From Rhizodiscina lignyota (lineage: Eukaryota), in the NCBI GenBank assembly GCA_010015805.1, contig ML978125.1:434001-498000 (forward strand): DNA of 64,000 nt. Reading direction: 5' to 3'. The position numbers were made by a program, and so were the translations under genes. Position 1 is the stretch's first letter. Each line of letters opens with the position of its first letter. The notes under the pieces were generated by a model, which was given only the letters and a program-made list of their open reading frames with translations, had not been told where the DNA came from and made no database searches. Shown piece after piece: positions 1 through 11,684 of this stretch.

Positions 1-1172
1 GTCTCATTTCGACTTTGATTTTGAAGTCGATTTCTACGCTAATTGAGTCCAATGGTCGAACTATTAGCACCACCAGGATCCAGAGTGTGCCAACCACCAT
101 AATACAGTACAACACGGTCACCCAACAGATTACGGTCCCCGCATACGAAACTGTCGTTATTACCCGGGAAGGAACTACCACGTTGATCCAGGGAGGTACA
201 TTAACCGTCTATCAGGGCGGCGGAACAGTTACTCAAACCGTCCATGAGGGAGGGACCGTCACCCTTGGCGGCTCAGTTCTTACAGTGACGACGACACAGC
301 CTTCCGGAAGCACAGCAACTCCAAACTGCCCGAACGAGCCACCAGGGCGCGTTTTCGATTGCCCATATGGAGGCCAATATGCAATCTATTGCAATACTAA
401 CTATCTAGATGCGAATGTGGCGAGTCTACAGCTTAACTCCATGGCAGATTGTGCAATGGCTTGCGATGCGTACAATATTCAGCATTTCTACGACACCACG
501 ACTTGCTTGGGCATTTCCTTCTACGGAAACTTGTCCACGCCGAATTGCCTCTTGAAGCAAAATGTTACGCTTCCCCAGCCTGATCCCGGATGCGACAGCG
601 GCGCGTTGATCAATCCATACAAGGGCGGCTCGACGATGTTCTTTACAACTACCCAAGCGGGTTCCATGGGCAATGGGAATGGACCTGGAACTGGCCTTGG
701 GACCGGAGTATCGACCCAAACGGTCCTACAGACTCTCACGACCACTTTCGATCAAACAGTTTCCATAACTTTGACGAGCACGGCCTCTTCCGTCCTGACA
801 ATCAGTGGCCAGCCGACAACGCAAGTCAGCACACAAACCGTGGTTTCTACTCAAACAGCGCCGACCACCACGCAATTCATTACCACGTCTACGATTCAAT
901 ACGTGACGGTCATCCAAGGAGGAGGGAGTGGAGGCGGCGGTGGCGAAACGGTAACTGTAACGTACGTGCCGCCAAGCTCGGGCAGCAGCACCGGCTTCAG
1001 CTGTATGACGAGTCCGACAAACTACTTGAATGCGGGATTGGGGGGGATTAAGATCCGAAGAAACGCCCACATATTCCCGGAGAGGGCTGCGCAGTTGGCT
1101 GGAAGGATGGTGCAGAGGGATGTGAAGGGAGAGCTGGCAGAGGTGAATCCGTATGAGATGTGGATTGTCTGA
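1..1172 (+). CDS. Thr-rich extracellular/cell-surface protein with Cys-rich PAN/apple-like domain (5' end probably outside window)
   Basis: Long ORF with T/V-rich stalks (TVT, TQTV) flanking C-P...YAIYC...CAMAC...CLGIS...CLLK, a spacing typical of fungal PAN/apple modules. No in-frame ATG or signal peptide near the window start. Confidence 0.6.
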   Translation, partial: LISTLILKSISTLIESNGRTISTTRIQSVPTTIIQYNTVTQQITVPAYETVVITREGTTTLIQGGTLTVYQGGGTVTQTVHEGGTVTLGGSVLTVTTTQPSGSTATPNCPNEPPGRVFDCPYGGQYAIYCNTNYLDANVASLQLNSMADCAMACDAYNIQHFYDTTTCLGISFYGNLSTPNCLLKQNVTLPQPDPGCDSGALINPYKGGSTMFFTTTQAGSMGNGNGPGTGLGTGVSTQTVLQTLTTTFDQTVSITLTSTASSVLTISGQPTTQVSTQTVVSTQTAPTTTQFITTSTIQYVTVIQGGGSGGGGGETVTVTYVPPSSGSSTGFSCMTSPTNYLNAGLGGIKIRRNAHIFPERAAQLAGRMVQRDVKGELAEVNPYEMWIV

Positions 1173-2249
1173 AGTAATAGACTGAGAGGTTTGGTTAGCA
1201 ATGATGTTATGTGCAAAATTTGTTGCATTAGCTTCATCATAAGACCTGGGAACTTCGTAATACATGTCTCCAAAGCACTCACTGCAAATTGTAAAGTGTG
1301 TATTCGCGGGGCATCGCACTCCGCTCGGAGCTCAGAATTGCTAGAGCCAGGAGGTCTCTTTCGCAGCAGCTTGCTTCTTACGCACAAACGCTTCAACGTA
1401 GGTCGGGTAAGGTTTGGAGGGCCTGCTTCAGGCCGAACTCTCTCAGAATGATAAGCCCGTTCGTGAGGCGAGACCAAAAGTACGAATTTCGCGATGGAGG
1501 CGAGAGGACTTGTTGTTTGGTGCTGACAAAATTGGTATGATAGGGGCTGTCCAATGACTCCTGAGGTCGCTAAAGCTTCCAAAGGACTCATCCAACGGCA
1601 CCAATCCCGCGTTGCAAGCTGGTCCCTGCATGCGCGTCTTTTGACAGTTTCGATTATGGAATTATGCAGCCATGTATGTGTGGTGAGCACTGTTCGATTT
1701 CTATCACCGGGCATCAGAGATTGTCACGGGCAGTAATGCCTTGGAAACTCGGGCATCGAACTAATTTCCATGGAATTAAGAATAGCTATTATTTGTCAGC
1801 AACAGAAAATGAATGGAAAGAGTTACGGCTGAATTGCTCCTTCTGCTCGGAGCAGGTAGAACAATTACGGCAGGGGTTTTGTCAGTCACTTGCTACCTTC
1901 TTTTGAACCCGTCAATTCGGAGCCGACTTCAGAAAGAACGGCGCGGCGCTGTCAGTGGCCACGATAGGACCCACTAACATCGGCGACATGAAGAAATGCC
2001 ATACCTGGTCAGTGAACGACCCTCTTACTGCCGTATATGGGTGAGAAAAGGCTAGACAGCACGAATTAATGACGACTTTCGATTAGTCAATGAAAGACCA
2101 TGCCGATTCTCCCGGAAAAGCGACCCAAGCAGATGATAAGGATCTACAATATAATGGCTGGACTATCCCACGCGGCGTAAGACATAATGTGAATCAGTGA
2201 ATGAGGCAAAATAGCATGCTGACAAAGCGGTAGACGGCAGCGATGCAGT

Positions 2250-2576
2250 CTTTGTCTTTCATGCATAGCAATCCAGATGTGCGGTCGGAGCCCTACAAGT
2301 TCGACCCACATAGATGGATCGTGGCTGGAGATCTCTGATGTCAAGGGCTCACGAGACATCCCGCTCCGTTCGATAAAGGGTTCCCGAAAGTGTATTGGAC
2401 AACAGTATCTACGATCCAGGTTGTTCATTGTTTCACTGATGCTAGCAGCTCTCTCTAGTTTGGCGATGGCAGAGCTGTATATGATGATCGCTCGGCTGTT
2501 CCGATGTTGCAATCTTGAACTGCATAACGCTACGGAAGGGCGAGATGTGCTCAGTACGATCCCGTTATCAGCGTGA
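2250..2576 (+). pseudogene. Cytochrome P450 C-terminal relic
   Basis: Reads MHSNPDVRSEPYKFDPHRW (PERF-like), then an in-frame TGA at ~2336 and a frameshift before KGSRKCIG (heme motif). An intron at 2405-2458 joins to HLAMAELYMMIARLFR. No intact upstream P450 body seen. Confidence 0.75.
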
Positions 2577-3964
2577 GCAATAACTCATGCGGCCCGAGTG
2601 AAAGTTGTAGGCGGGCAGAAGGATTGGCTCCAATGTACGTTTGTGAAGCGATAGTGATCCTGCTCAAATACGAGTCGTGTCTCGGTCTTACACTCCGTAC
2701 ATTCAGCAGAGAATGTTTAGCCGCACCGCACTTGTCATTTGTAAGCGATGCTCTTTCGTAGTAACAATGATACCAGCATTCCGCTCCACTCTAGTTATGC
2801 AGAGGCGTTGAAGCTGGCACTGTCAGAGGCGCCTGCAGCATTTCAGCATATGGTCTGGTGTCCATCGTGGTCGTGACTCGTGAGGAACGTGGAACTCGGC
2901 CAGTGGCTTCTGTAAAGACTGAAAACCTTGCCTGAGCTGAGATAATACAGGCTTATCTTTTCCCAGCCGTACTTGTGGAGATTCGAGAGGTGAGTACCTA
3001 TTACCATGTACGGGTATGAAGACGTGACATGGTGCTTTCTGGCTATTTGCACGTATTTTAGTGCAATCACTCATCCTGTGCAAGGCGAAGTATACAGGCC
3101 TCAATGAATCAAAGACTCTAACAAAACTGGACTGAAGCTTTTAAGATATATTCAATAGTGGGAAGGAAAATACAAGACTGAGGTTAGGGTTAAGCAATTT
3201 GGCTCGGGGGACTAACCTAAATAGGATAAGCTTCCAGGGTGGGTCTTTTACACACCGTTCCCTCTCTGGCCTCCTGAGGCTCACACGAAGTTGAATAGAT
3301 TCCCCTGGACCGCAGTTCCATCCAATCATTCTAAAGCAGAAATATTAGGAATCTTCCTTCAGCCAGATTGACGACTATCTTTTCTGGTGAGGCTCCACAT
3401 CCAAGTATGCGTCCGTTCTCTCGACTCCAGCGGGAGGGTTGGTGGATTCAGCTGAATTCGCCGCCAACCTCGTGCCTGTAGGATGTACAGCTGCGGTGGA
3501 GCGTCAGCCAAGGAGCATCGCCCCAAAGTCAGTGCAAGACGTCATTTTCGACCGAACTGCGCCTTCGACGGTCAAGCTTTTCATTCGCGATCTCAGCTTC
3601 AAGATCGCTTACATGCCTCACAAGCGGCTTAGCGCGCTATCGTGGCTTACGTAAATTGGCATGTCCTATCGTGACAGCGGTTAGCTTGCAGTTACTAATC
3701 GAGCAGCCCAAGCATACGGCCAGCGAGTTTAGCGAGCATTGCATAGGAACAAAATACGAGATCGTGCGACGTTTCGATGCTAGGCGTTTTCAGAATGTAT
3801 TTCATCAAATACTTCGCCCTCGTTTCAGATAGCAAGCGGGGACGGATAAAATAAAAACAATGAAGGAGCATGTGTTTTCGTTTGCACCGGAGAAGAGAGC
3901 TTCAGTTCTTGAGCGTGGCTTGTGCGTGACGAAGACCACGCGAGGAGGTGTCGACATTCTAAGC

Positions 3965-5468
3965 ATGTCTGGTCCAGTTGTGAACCCCATCGTTCGAAGA
4001 AGCCATACCAAGTCGAAAAATGGATGCCAAAACTGCAAGAGCCGGCGTGTCAAATGCGACGAGATGCAACCCGATTGGTGAGTGCGTTCCTAAAGTTTCC
4101 AAAGACACCAATGGGGAAGGGATGTTGATGTTTAAAAGTCGGAACTGTGTCCGGTCTGGGCGGACCTGCAAGTATGACACGAAACATATAGCAGGCGACG
4201 AAATCGCCGGTCCTACAGCGGCTTGGCCAGAAGCTACCATGAAAGCTGTGAAGGAGTGGAGAGAGTCTGGTCAACCGCCGTTCCCACACTTGCGGATACC
4301 AGAATCTCCCAATTGGCATGGACTTTCCGAAGAAGAGTTGCGCTATGTGCATTACTTCTCCGTCATTGCATCGATGCTCGAAGTTAGCGGCACAAGATCG
4401 TTTTGCCTCTGGTGGAGCGAGTTCCCGATGTGGGTTGCAGCGCACAACGCTCGGATATTTTCTAAACTTGACTGCTAACATGACATTTTAGGTCCCTCCA
4501 ACTTGCGCTGCATCACAAGTTCGCAGCGTATGCTATGCTCGCACAAAGCGCGGATCGGTATGCCAGTATCACGAAGTCGTCAGAGGCCTTTGCACATGCC
4601 GTTAAATATAAAAACCTGGCAATTCAGGGAGCCAATCAGGCATTGTCTGAATTTTCCAGACATAATGCAGACGCAATACTGTTCTCTTCAATTTGCTTCT
4701 CAAGTTGTGAGACTGATTGGTAAGGAATTTGTCAAAACGTAAAGTTCCTCGTCTAACATTGTCAGGCGGGCGTGGAAAGCAATCATGGAGGGCATCATCG
4801 CTGTACGTCTGATATCAAATGGGTTATGGCAACTAAAACTAATTCGGCTTTAGGTCGTAGGCAGAATGCAGTCCTGGATACCGGATTCGGGGTTTGGCAT
4901 GCACCTCAAGATGCGGCAGCACTGTACTCGAATCTTGGGCTTCGCAGTTCCCGATGACGATGCCCGTCAACTAATTAGGGCACTTTTCGTCAAGGGCCTT
5001 AGCTCCTTGAACGCATTGATTCCTTGTCCGAAAGCTTCCCAAGAACTAGCAGCGCTAGTGAGACAACTTCGCGACGTCCTACGGACCGTACACGATCACT
5101 CTTCGAATTGGTCGGCCGACGAACAATATCGGTTAATCCATCCGTTCTCCCAATGGTGCAACAGATGGGACATTCCATACATATCTATTAGCCAGTGCGA
5201 CGTCATCGTTCTTGCGTCCCTTGCACATTTCTTCTCAGTGGTTGTAACGTTGGAGCTAGCATTTACTCTCATAGACCTACCTCTTTTAAGCCCTATTCGT
5301 ATGCGCGGGGTCATCGAGATAAACGATACGTTGCAAAAGGTGCCGGGAATTTTCTGCAGTGCTTGCAAGGAGTTCCATTCTTCTACACAATTGATGGCGT
5401 ACCCCATGCAGACGTTGATGACTTGGAGAAAACTAAGGGGCTGCACACGTTTAGCTTCGAATGCATGA
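3965..5468 (+). CDS. Zn(II)2Cys6 transcription factor, Upc2/Ecm22-like architecture (multi-exon)
   Basis: RRSHTKSKNGCQNCKSRRVKCDEMQPDC|RNCVRSGRTC across an intron starting at ~4078 (GTGAGT). Downstream exons fall in ORFs 4020-4478, 4535-4723 and 4866-5468. Confidence 0.85.
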
Positions 5469-5666
5469 TTTCGCTAGACTTGTTTGAATTCCATTAGATT
5501 CCTGGAAAGTCTATTCACCTATTTTACTTTTATCTACTCTTACTATATACCAACCACTTTTCCAGAAAACATTTGATTTGGAAGTCAAATTAGACTATCA
5601 TCATCCACCTGCCCGAAAAATAATAATCAAGCTTTCGCAGCCAGGAATAGATCCAATTGCGCGATT

Positions 5667-7265
5667 CTACGCCTCACACTCTTCTACGCAGTCAAAACTC
5701 TCCGCTGAGTCAACCTTACCGTGGCCACGATACTTTTCGACCAACGGATATCGACAAATTTTCCGTGTGAACTGTTCTCGAGCTGTAGCAGGAGTTACTG
5801 CGCTCAAAGCCTCAGGAGCGGTGCCGTTCTCCACCCACGATATCAAAGCTCCAAAGGGGTCGGAAGGAATCGCACCAGGTGTTGTGCCCGCACCACAGTG
5901 GTCAACGCCTGGAGCGAGGAACAGTCGCAAGTAATCGTCAACATTCGAGCTTCTGCCACCATACTTGTCGACTTCTTGGTAGTATCGAGCGCTGTCTTGC
6001 GGAAAGATCAACTGATCTGAGAGACCATGCCACATGAGGAGCTTGCCATTGGACTTCTGAAACCCAGAGAGGTTGGGGTTATCCGATCCGATGAGAGACT
6101 CATACTTTGCTACAGATCTTTGGAAGATGTAATCAAAGTCCTTATAGCCCACTTTGGAGAAATCGAAGTCAGGATCGGCCTCGACGAAGTACCTGATCCA
6201 GCCCTCGGGAACAAAGAAGGTGTTACCAACATGCGTTCCGTGGCTTACAGTCGTGTTGGCGAGACTGTCAAGGGGAGCTCCAAGAGTGAGGCCAGACCAG
6301 CGCGGCAATCCATAAAGACTTCCGGGGCCTTCCCAGATCTTGCGCACGATCTCAGCGACCTCAGTTGAGACCGTTGTTGTTTTCCCATCGCACTTTATCT
6401 TGGATCCTACTGCAGTCGATGGATTGTATTTGCACTTCGAAGGATCGTTGATAATGCCGTCTTTCACACCATCAAGCTCATCGCAAGCATCTATAGCGGT
6501 TTGCGTAAACCACTTCAGCTCGCACTGCGAAGGATACACTTGTGCTTCGTTCATCACAGCTTGAGGCCACAGCTCAGCGACGACATATTCCGGCCAATAG
6601 ATGGCAGGAGCGCCCGCCAGGATGCCGTCAAAGTCATCCGGGTATTTCTGTGCTTCCACGAGCCCTTGTCGGCCACCGGTCGAACACCCGTACCAATACG
6701 AGTGGTTAGCCGCATTCTTGTAATACGAAGCCGTCACAGCCTTGCCGACGACAGCCAAATCATGCACCGAACGGGATGCAAAATTTGTCAGGAGTCCAAT
6801 GTTCACATGCCCGGAAGTATCCAATGCCCAAGCCTGGGGACTCTCGGGGTTGTAGGGCAGACCCGCGTCAGTTGAAGCTACTGCGAATCCTTCGGCGGCG
6901 AAAGGGGCGAGAGCAAGGTCGCCGAGACCGGCAGCCCAGCCTTGACCACCTGTCCCAACGAAGCGGCCATTCCAGGTGCCGATAGGGAGCCATACTTGCA
7001 CCGAAACTTTGTCATTGGCACCTGGATGGGAGAGTGTGACGATGACCTCGCAGATATTTAAGCCGGATACTGTTTCGGGAAGGAAGGGCAGAGTCTCGGG
7101 AACGGTGTGGTTTCGTTTCTCGTCATACTGGACGTCGATTACTTTCGCTCCTGGGATGTGTGGGAGCCTGATATCGGCGCAAGAGAGTGCATGATGTGAT
7201 AGAGGATGAGCGAAGCTCAGGGGAGAGAGTACAAAAGCAGCAACGAAGACCAGAACGGAGAGCAT
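5667..7265 (-). CDS. Secreted tannase/feruloyl esterase
   Basis: Signal peptide MLSVLVFVAAF. Motifs WNGRF, GCSTGGRQG (nucleophile Ser), DFDGILAGAP, WHGLSDQLI and PGVDHC. Confidence 0.93.
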   Translation of the reverse strand: MLSVLVFVAAFVLSPLSFAHPLSHHALSCADIRLPHIPGAKVIDVQYDEKRNHTVPETLPFLPETVSGLNICEVIVTLSHPGANDKVSVQVWLPIGTWNGRFVGTGGQGWAAGLGDLALAPFAAEGFAVASTDAGLPYNPESPQAWALDTSGHVNIGLLTNFASRSVHDLAVVGKAVTASYYKNAANHSYWYGCSTGGRQGLVEAQKYPDDFDGILAGAPAIYWPEYVVAELWPQAVMNEAQVYPSQCELKWFTQTAIDACDELDGVKDGIINDPSKCKYNPSTAVGSKIKCDGKTTTVSTEVAEIVRKIWEGPGSLYGLPRWSGLTLGAPLDSLANTTVSHGTHVGNTFFVPEGWIRYFVEADPDFDFSKVGYKDFDYIFQRSVAKYESLIGSDNPNLSGFQKSNGKLLMWHGLSDQLIFPQDSARYYQEVDKYGGRSSNVDDYLRLFLAPGVDHCGAGTTPGAIPSDPFGALISWVENGTAPEALSAVTPATAREQFTRKICRYPLVEKYRGHGKVDSAESFDCVEECEA

Positions 7266-8096
7266 GGTGATAATCAATAAAAGATGCCTCGTGCTCCAAT
7301 TGAAACGCTGAATATCTGGATTACTGTAACTGCCCTGCAGAATGCCATTCCTATGTTTTATACCCCACGCCCATGAGCAGCTTTTGGTCGGCCTCCTAAT
7401 GCCACGCCGTTCATTACGCCGGATTTTGTGCGCTATATGTGCCAAGCTGTCGGCCTACTGCTCTTTCATCCTGAATACGACCGTGGCTGGAGAGCCAAGA
7501 GGTAACTCTCTCGTACAGCAACATTGAAGAAACTCGCAAGATGCATGTTACGAGCATTTTGAAGCTCGAAGCTCGAATTTCGCGGGTTGGTAAGCCAGCG
7601 ACGTCGTTAGGGTGGAGCAAGCCACACTCCACTTTTCCCGGCGAGATGCAGGAACGGCGCTAAAAGATGACACGCCTACCAAAACGGGGGATCTTCGACG
7701 TCACCTGCAGAGCCTCTACACTGCCTTGCTCAATGCTACTTTTACAACTTTAGCTGGAGTATATCTGACAAAGCAAAAGGAGCAATGTGTGTTCATAGCC
7801 CTCAGCTGAAAAGTGTGGTACCGTCAATTTCCTTTGACACATCTTCTCGCGTAAACACAATCACGAAGCTAGATACTACAAGCGCAAATCTTAAGATTAT
7901 GAGATAATGTATCATTTCCATTCTAACTTGATCCTAACTGAATCTAGAGGACTCCAGAAGAGATGGTTCCCTTCTCACCGTTGTGGAACCAAGGATACTT
8001 GATCCGGTTCGAAATATGATCTGAAAATGCCATAGTGCAAAACACTACCAGTGCATCAGCATGCTCAAGTCCCGAGTATACTGTCTGAAATCTCGT

Positions 8097-8966
8097 CTAA
8101 CGTGATTCTTCAGTAGGGTGAGAATCATCGTCCTGGTCACCAGGGTGATCACCAAAGCGTAGGAGCTCAAAGGCCCGAGGACGAACAAGGCTTGGAGGAG
8201 GTCCATGAAAGCTTGAAGGTCCGCCAGTGCCTCGAGATTCACCAGAGCCAGGAGGTATATGAAAAGTTGGAGGTTGGATGAGGCGTACAGCGTTACGTGG
8301 GCCGGGGCGTGGACGGCCGCTCCACTGCTCCTGGCTCAAGCTAAATCCATTATCAGGCATCTCCCGAGAAATGCCGCCAAATGTTGCACCGCCACCCCTA
8401 GCGAGAGCACCACCTCCCCAGCCACCAATTCCACGACTAGAACCGCCAGGGCTGGCTCCGAATCCGTATTCATCCACCCCTGGTCCAGATTCGCTCATAT
8501 GGGCTTCGGGATCTCGTCGGTTAACAGCACGAGCAATCATTTGGTTAACGAGACGTCGATGCACGGCCTCCACCCCCTCTCCAGGAGAATCCAAGTGTGC
8601 AGACAATTCAGTTAACCTATGGTTGTACGACTCTTCTTCCCGCCGCATCTGGAAAATCCTGTCCGTGAAATCGATCTCCCCTCGGATATCGCCACGTTCG
8701 ATTGCCGCTCGAATTTGTTGGACAGCCTCTAGAGGAGGCTCGGGGAACTCGGCCGGAACCCCATCGTGGGTCGAGCCTTCAGCAAGACGCCATTGCGTGA
8801 GGCCCTCTCCATTAGGCATGCGCTCTCCACTAGGTATACGCTCACCGCCGGGTATGCGCTGGGGAAGGCCTTCAATGGTCTGCTCATCGATCCAGCGCGT
8901 AGTGTCTTTGGGGTCCATGACTCCAACCCCTCGGACATACACGAATCCTCCGTGGCAGCGGTACAT
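8097..8966 (-). CDS. Hypothetical Gly/Pro-rich protein
   Basis: Uninterrupted ORF with likely start MYRCHGG at 8966. Short internal repeat RIPGGE-RIPSGE-RMPNGE. No recognisable domain. Confidence 0.45.
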   Translation of the reverse strand: MYRCHGGFVYVRGVGVMDPKDTTRWIDEQTIEGLPQRIPGGERIPSGERMPNGEGLTQWRLAEGSTHDGVPAEFPEPPLEAVQQIRAAIERGDIRGEIDFTDRIFQMRREEESYNHRLTELSAHLDSPGEGVEAVHRRLVNQMIARAVNRRDPEAHMSESGPGVDEYGFGASPGGSSRGIGGWGGGALARGGGATFGGISREMPDNGFSLSQEQWSGRPRPGPRNAVRLIQPPTFHIPPGSGESRGTGGPSSFHGPPPSLVRPRAFELLRFGDHPGDQDDDSHPTEESR

Positions 8967-10202
8967 GTTTGCCGAGTTCTTTGATCTGTTGCCGGTGACT
9001 CCTGATGACAGATGCTCACCAAGGTGTTTGATAATAGGTGTTTCGATAATCAAATTCGGCGCAGCGAATCGTGCTTGGAAGGAAGTGTTGCAGTCTTCCA
9101 ATACCGAGGTCCTATTTTTTAAATTGGTTGAAGTGCAAGCATATAATGGCACTGAAAGATGAAGAACTTGTTTCTTCTCGAAATGTGAGACTTTTGAGGG
9201 TTGAGAGGTGGTGTGAGGTTGAAAGTAGAAAGGTATCTTGGAAGCATTGGAAAGCCTTTTATAGTCGGAATGTGTAGTAGATCAACACTCTCTGGTGTTA
9301 AATGTGTCTTCCACGCTGGGTGTCTGAAAGAAATGGAACTGTGTTCAAATTGCCAGACTTCACGCTGAGGCCCGGGTGTGATTTCGACATTCACCTTTTC
9401 ATTAGCTGGGCAAACTCGAGTGCAAGATAGTCCTCCCATAAAGAGCTCTCTATCAAACTTGGAAATGAAAGGCTAGGGCAAAAACTCTTTATCAATGGAA
9501 TATGAGGCACACTTTACCGCTACCCACTGCGATGGGTAGAGTACCCTCCCTGGAGGTTCGACGTTATACACCCTCTTATCGTATGAGGCTGCGTGGGATC
9601 CATAAGCAAAAGGAACACAATCAGAAAAGGTGTCATTGTGTATTGACAATCAGGCTGATCAGATAAACTGAGGAGATGGCATTGTTGAAGTCGAACGAAT
9701 ACCTGAGGCAGAGAGAATGTCGCGGAGTTAAGCATCGCTAATGTCTCCGTGGTCAAAGGGACGATACCTAGATAGGCTAGCATAGGCTTATCAGTAAGGG
9801 TGGCCTCAAGTACGTACTCTGCTAGTTGCGGAGAGCCATTTCCTCTTCACCCCATACAATCCAATCCAACAGTCCATAGTTTCAAAAAGGCCTCCGTTAT
9901 TAGTCAAGAGTGGGGAAAGCATTTGTGCCGGGACAAACTCCGCCTTCATTTGCTGTGCCTGACGCTCCCGATGATCTCATATTCTCGGAAGGTGAGATCA
10001 TAGATAAAGTCGTAACCCATTCCAGTCCTTTCTGCCCTTGGGTAGGCAACTCCCTTTTAACGCGTTTGAAGTATTGACGGCCCAGCGCACGAGTTCTTTT
10101 CGCAAATTTCTTCCGCCAAACTTCCATTTGTCTAAGACATCTTCTCAACGCAAACCAGACATCTCCAATCCGCTCTCATTTTTGGTACCTCCTTGTTGGA
10201 CT

Positions 10203-11090
10203 ATGGCTTCAACTCAGCGGTCTTCCGCCGGTTTCGACTTCACCCCAACCATCCACAAGGACACATACCCCTTCATTGATCCCACCAAGCTAGACCTCTC
10301 CTCCAAATCTGTTTTAGTAACCGGCGCGTCCAAGGGCATCGGCCGCAGCATTTCTCTCTCGTTTGCACGTGCTGGGGCCTCTCAAATTGCAATATGCGCT
10401 CGCAGCGACCTCACATCTGTGGTGAATGACCTCACCGTCGCCGCGAAGCACGCAGGACGCCGAGAGCCCAAGATTCTGCCAATTAAGCTCGATGTCACTG
10501 ACGAACAAAGCGTCGAGGCCGCAAGGCAGACTGTAGAGAAGGAGTTCGGCCGGCTCGACATCCTCATCAATAACGCCGGCTACCTCGAGAACTTCGTGCC
10601 AATCACTGAATCCAAAGCCGACGAGTGGTGGTGGAGCATGACGGTTAATCTGAAAGGACCTTACCTCTGCTCAAAAGCATTCATACCTTTACTCCTCAAG
10701 GGTGGCGACAAGACGGTCCTGAATATCTCTTCCGTGGGTGCGCACTTGGTTTCCCCCGGTGCCTCGGCCTACCAGTCGGCAAAGCTCGCGGTTGTTCGTT
10801 TTTCGGAGTTCCTGTGCTCCGACTACAAGAACCAGGGTCTGTTATGCTATTCGCTGCATCCAGGCGGTGTGGAGACGGAATTGGCATTGAATATGCCGAA
10901 GGCTATGCATGCTGTCCTACAGGACAAGCCCGAATTGGCGGGTGATACCATCGCTTGGCTTACCAGCCGGAGAAGGGAATGGCTCCTTGCTAGGTACATC
11001 AGCGTGACTTGGGACATGCCCGAGTTAGAGAAGATGAAAGACGAAATTGAAGAGAAAGATTTGCTGAAAGTTAGAATGGTTGTTCAATAG
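10203..11090 (+). CDS. Short-chain dehydrogenase/reductase
   Basis: TGASKGIG (TGxxxGxG), LINNAG, YQSAK (YxxxK) and HPGGVET. ATG at 10203. Confidence 0.93.
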   Translation: MASTQRSSAGFDFTPTIHKDTYPFIDPTKLDLSSKSVLVTGASKGIGRSISLSFARAGASQIAICARSDLTSVVNDLTVAAKHAGRREPKILPIKLDVTDEQSVEAARQTVEKEFGRLDILINNAGYLENFVPITESKADEWWWSMTVNLKGPYLCSKAFIPLLLKGGDKTVLNISSVGAHLVSPGASAYQSAKLAVVRFSEFLCSDYKNQGLLCYSLHPGGVETELALNMPKAMHAVLQDKPELAGDTIAWLTSRRREWLLARYISVTWDMPELEKMKDEIEEKDLLKVRMVVQ

Positions 11091-11684
11091 AAGGCATTGA
11101 TGGGTGAAAGATATCCACATAGATCTCTTTGCAAGCGAATATGAGAGCCTTCTGAAAGTTTACACTCTAGATGTGGTAAAATAGGGACAAACAGACATTC
11201 TTGGTGTGATATCAATGAAAAGGGAAGCCTAACTAGATGAGAAGAAACCAATACCTTATGTATCCAGTTCATGCTGTTCCCTATTCGGTTAGCGCGTCAT
11301 CTCATCAGGACCCATGCAGATGCTAGTGGCTCACCTTTGGTCCTTTCCATCGCCTGCATCAGGATTGTGGAGACTCACGAACTTACTTATTACTGGAAGT
11401 TTTGTGCCCGCCTTATTCGTAATATGGCTGGAGAGTCACTCAAACATCATGCCCAAATGTGGCTATTCAAGACAGCCAAGACCTTGACCGCACGAGAAAT
11501 ATCCGGCGCCCTTACTCCTTTAGAGAACGAGATGACTCCGTGGTACTCGTATCCTACAGACGTGACGCCAACCCTGTGAAACGTCTTTGACGACAGTCAT
11601 ATCTTGTAACATTCGATCAGTATGCTGCTGAGAGATTATTAGCACCTGGTGTGCCCTGAACTTCGACTGGAGCTGCTTCCTATC

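Noticed and set aside
726..1714. 197-aa and 230-aa minus-strand ORFs
   Set aside because: They overlap the plus-strand gene and its 3' region and show no motifs or coding-like composition.
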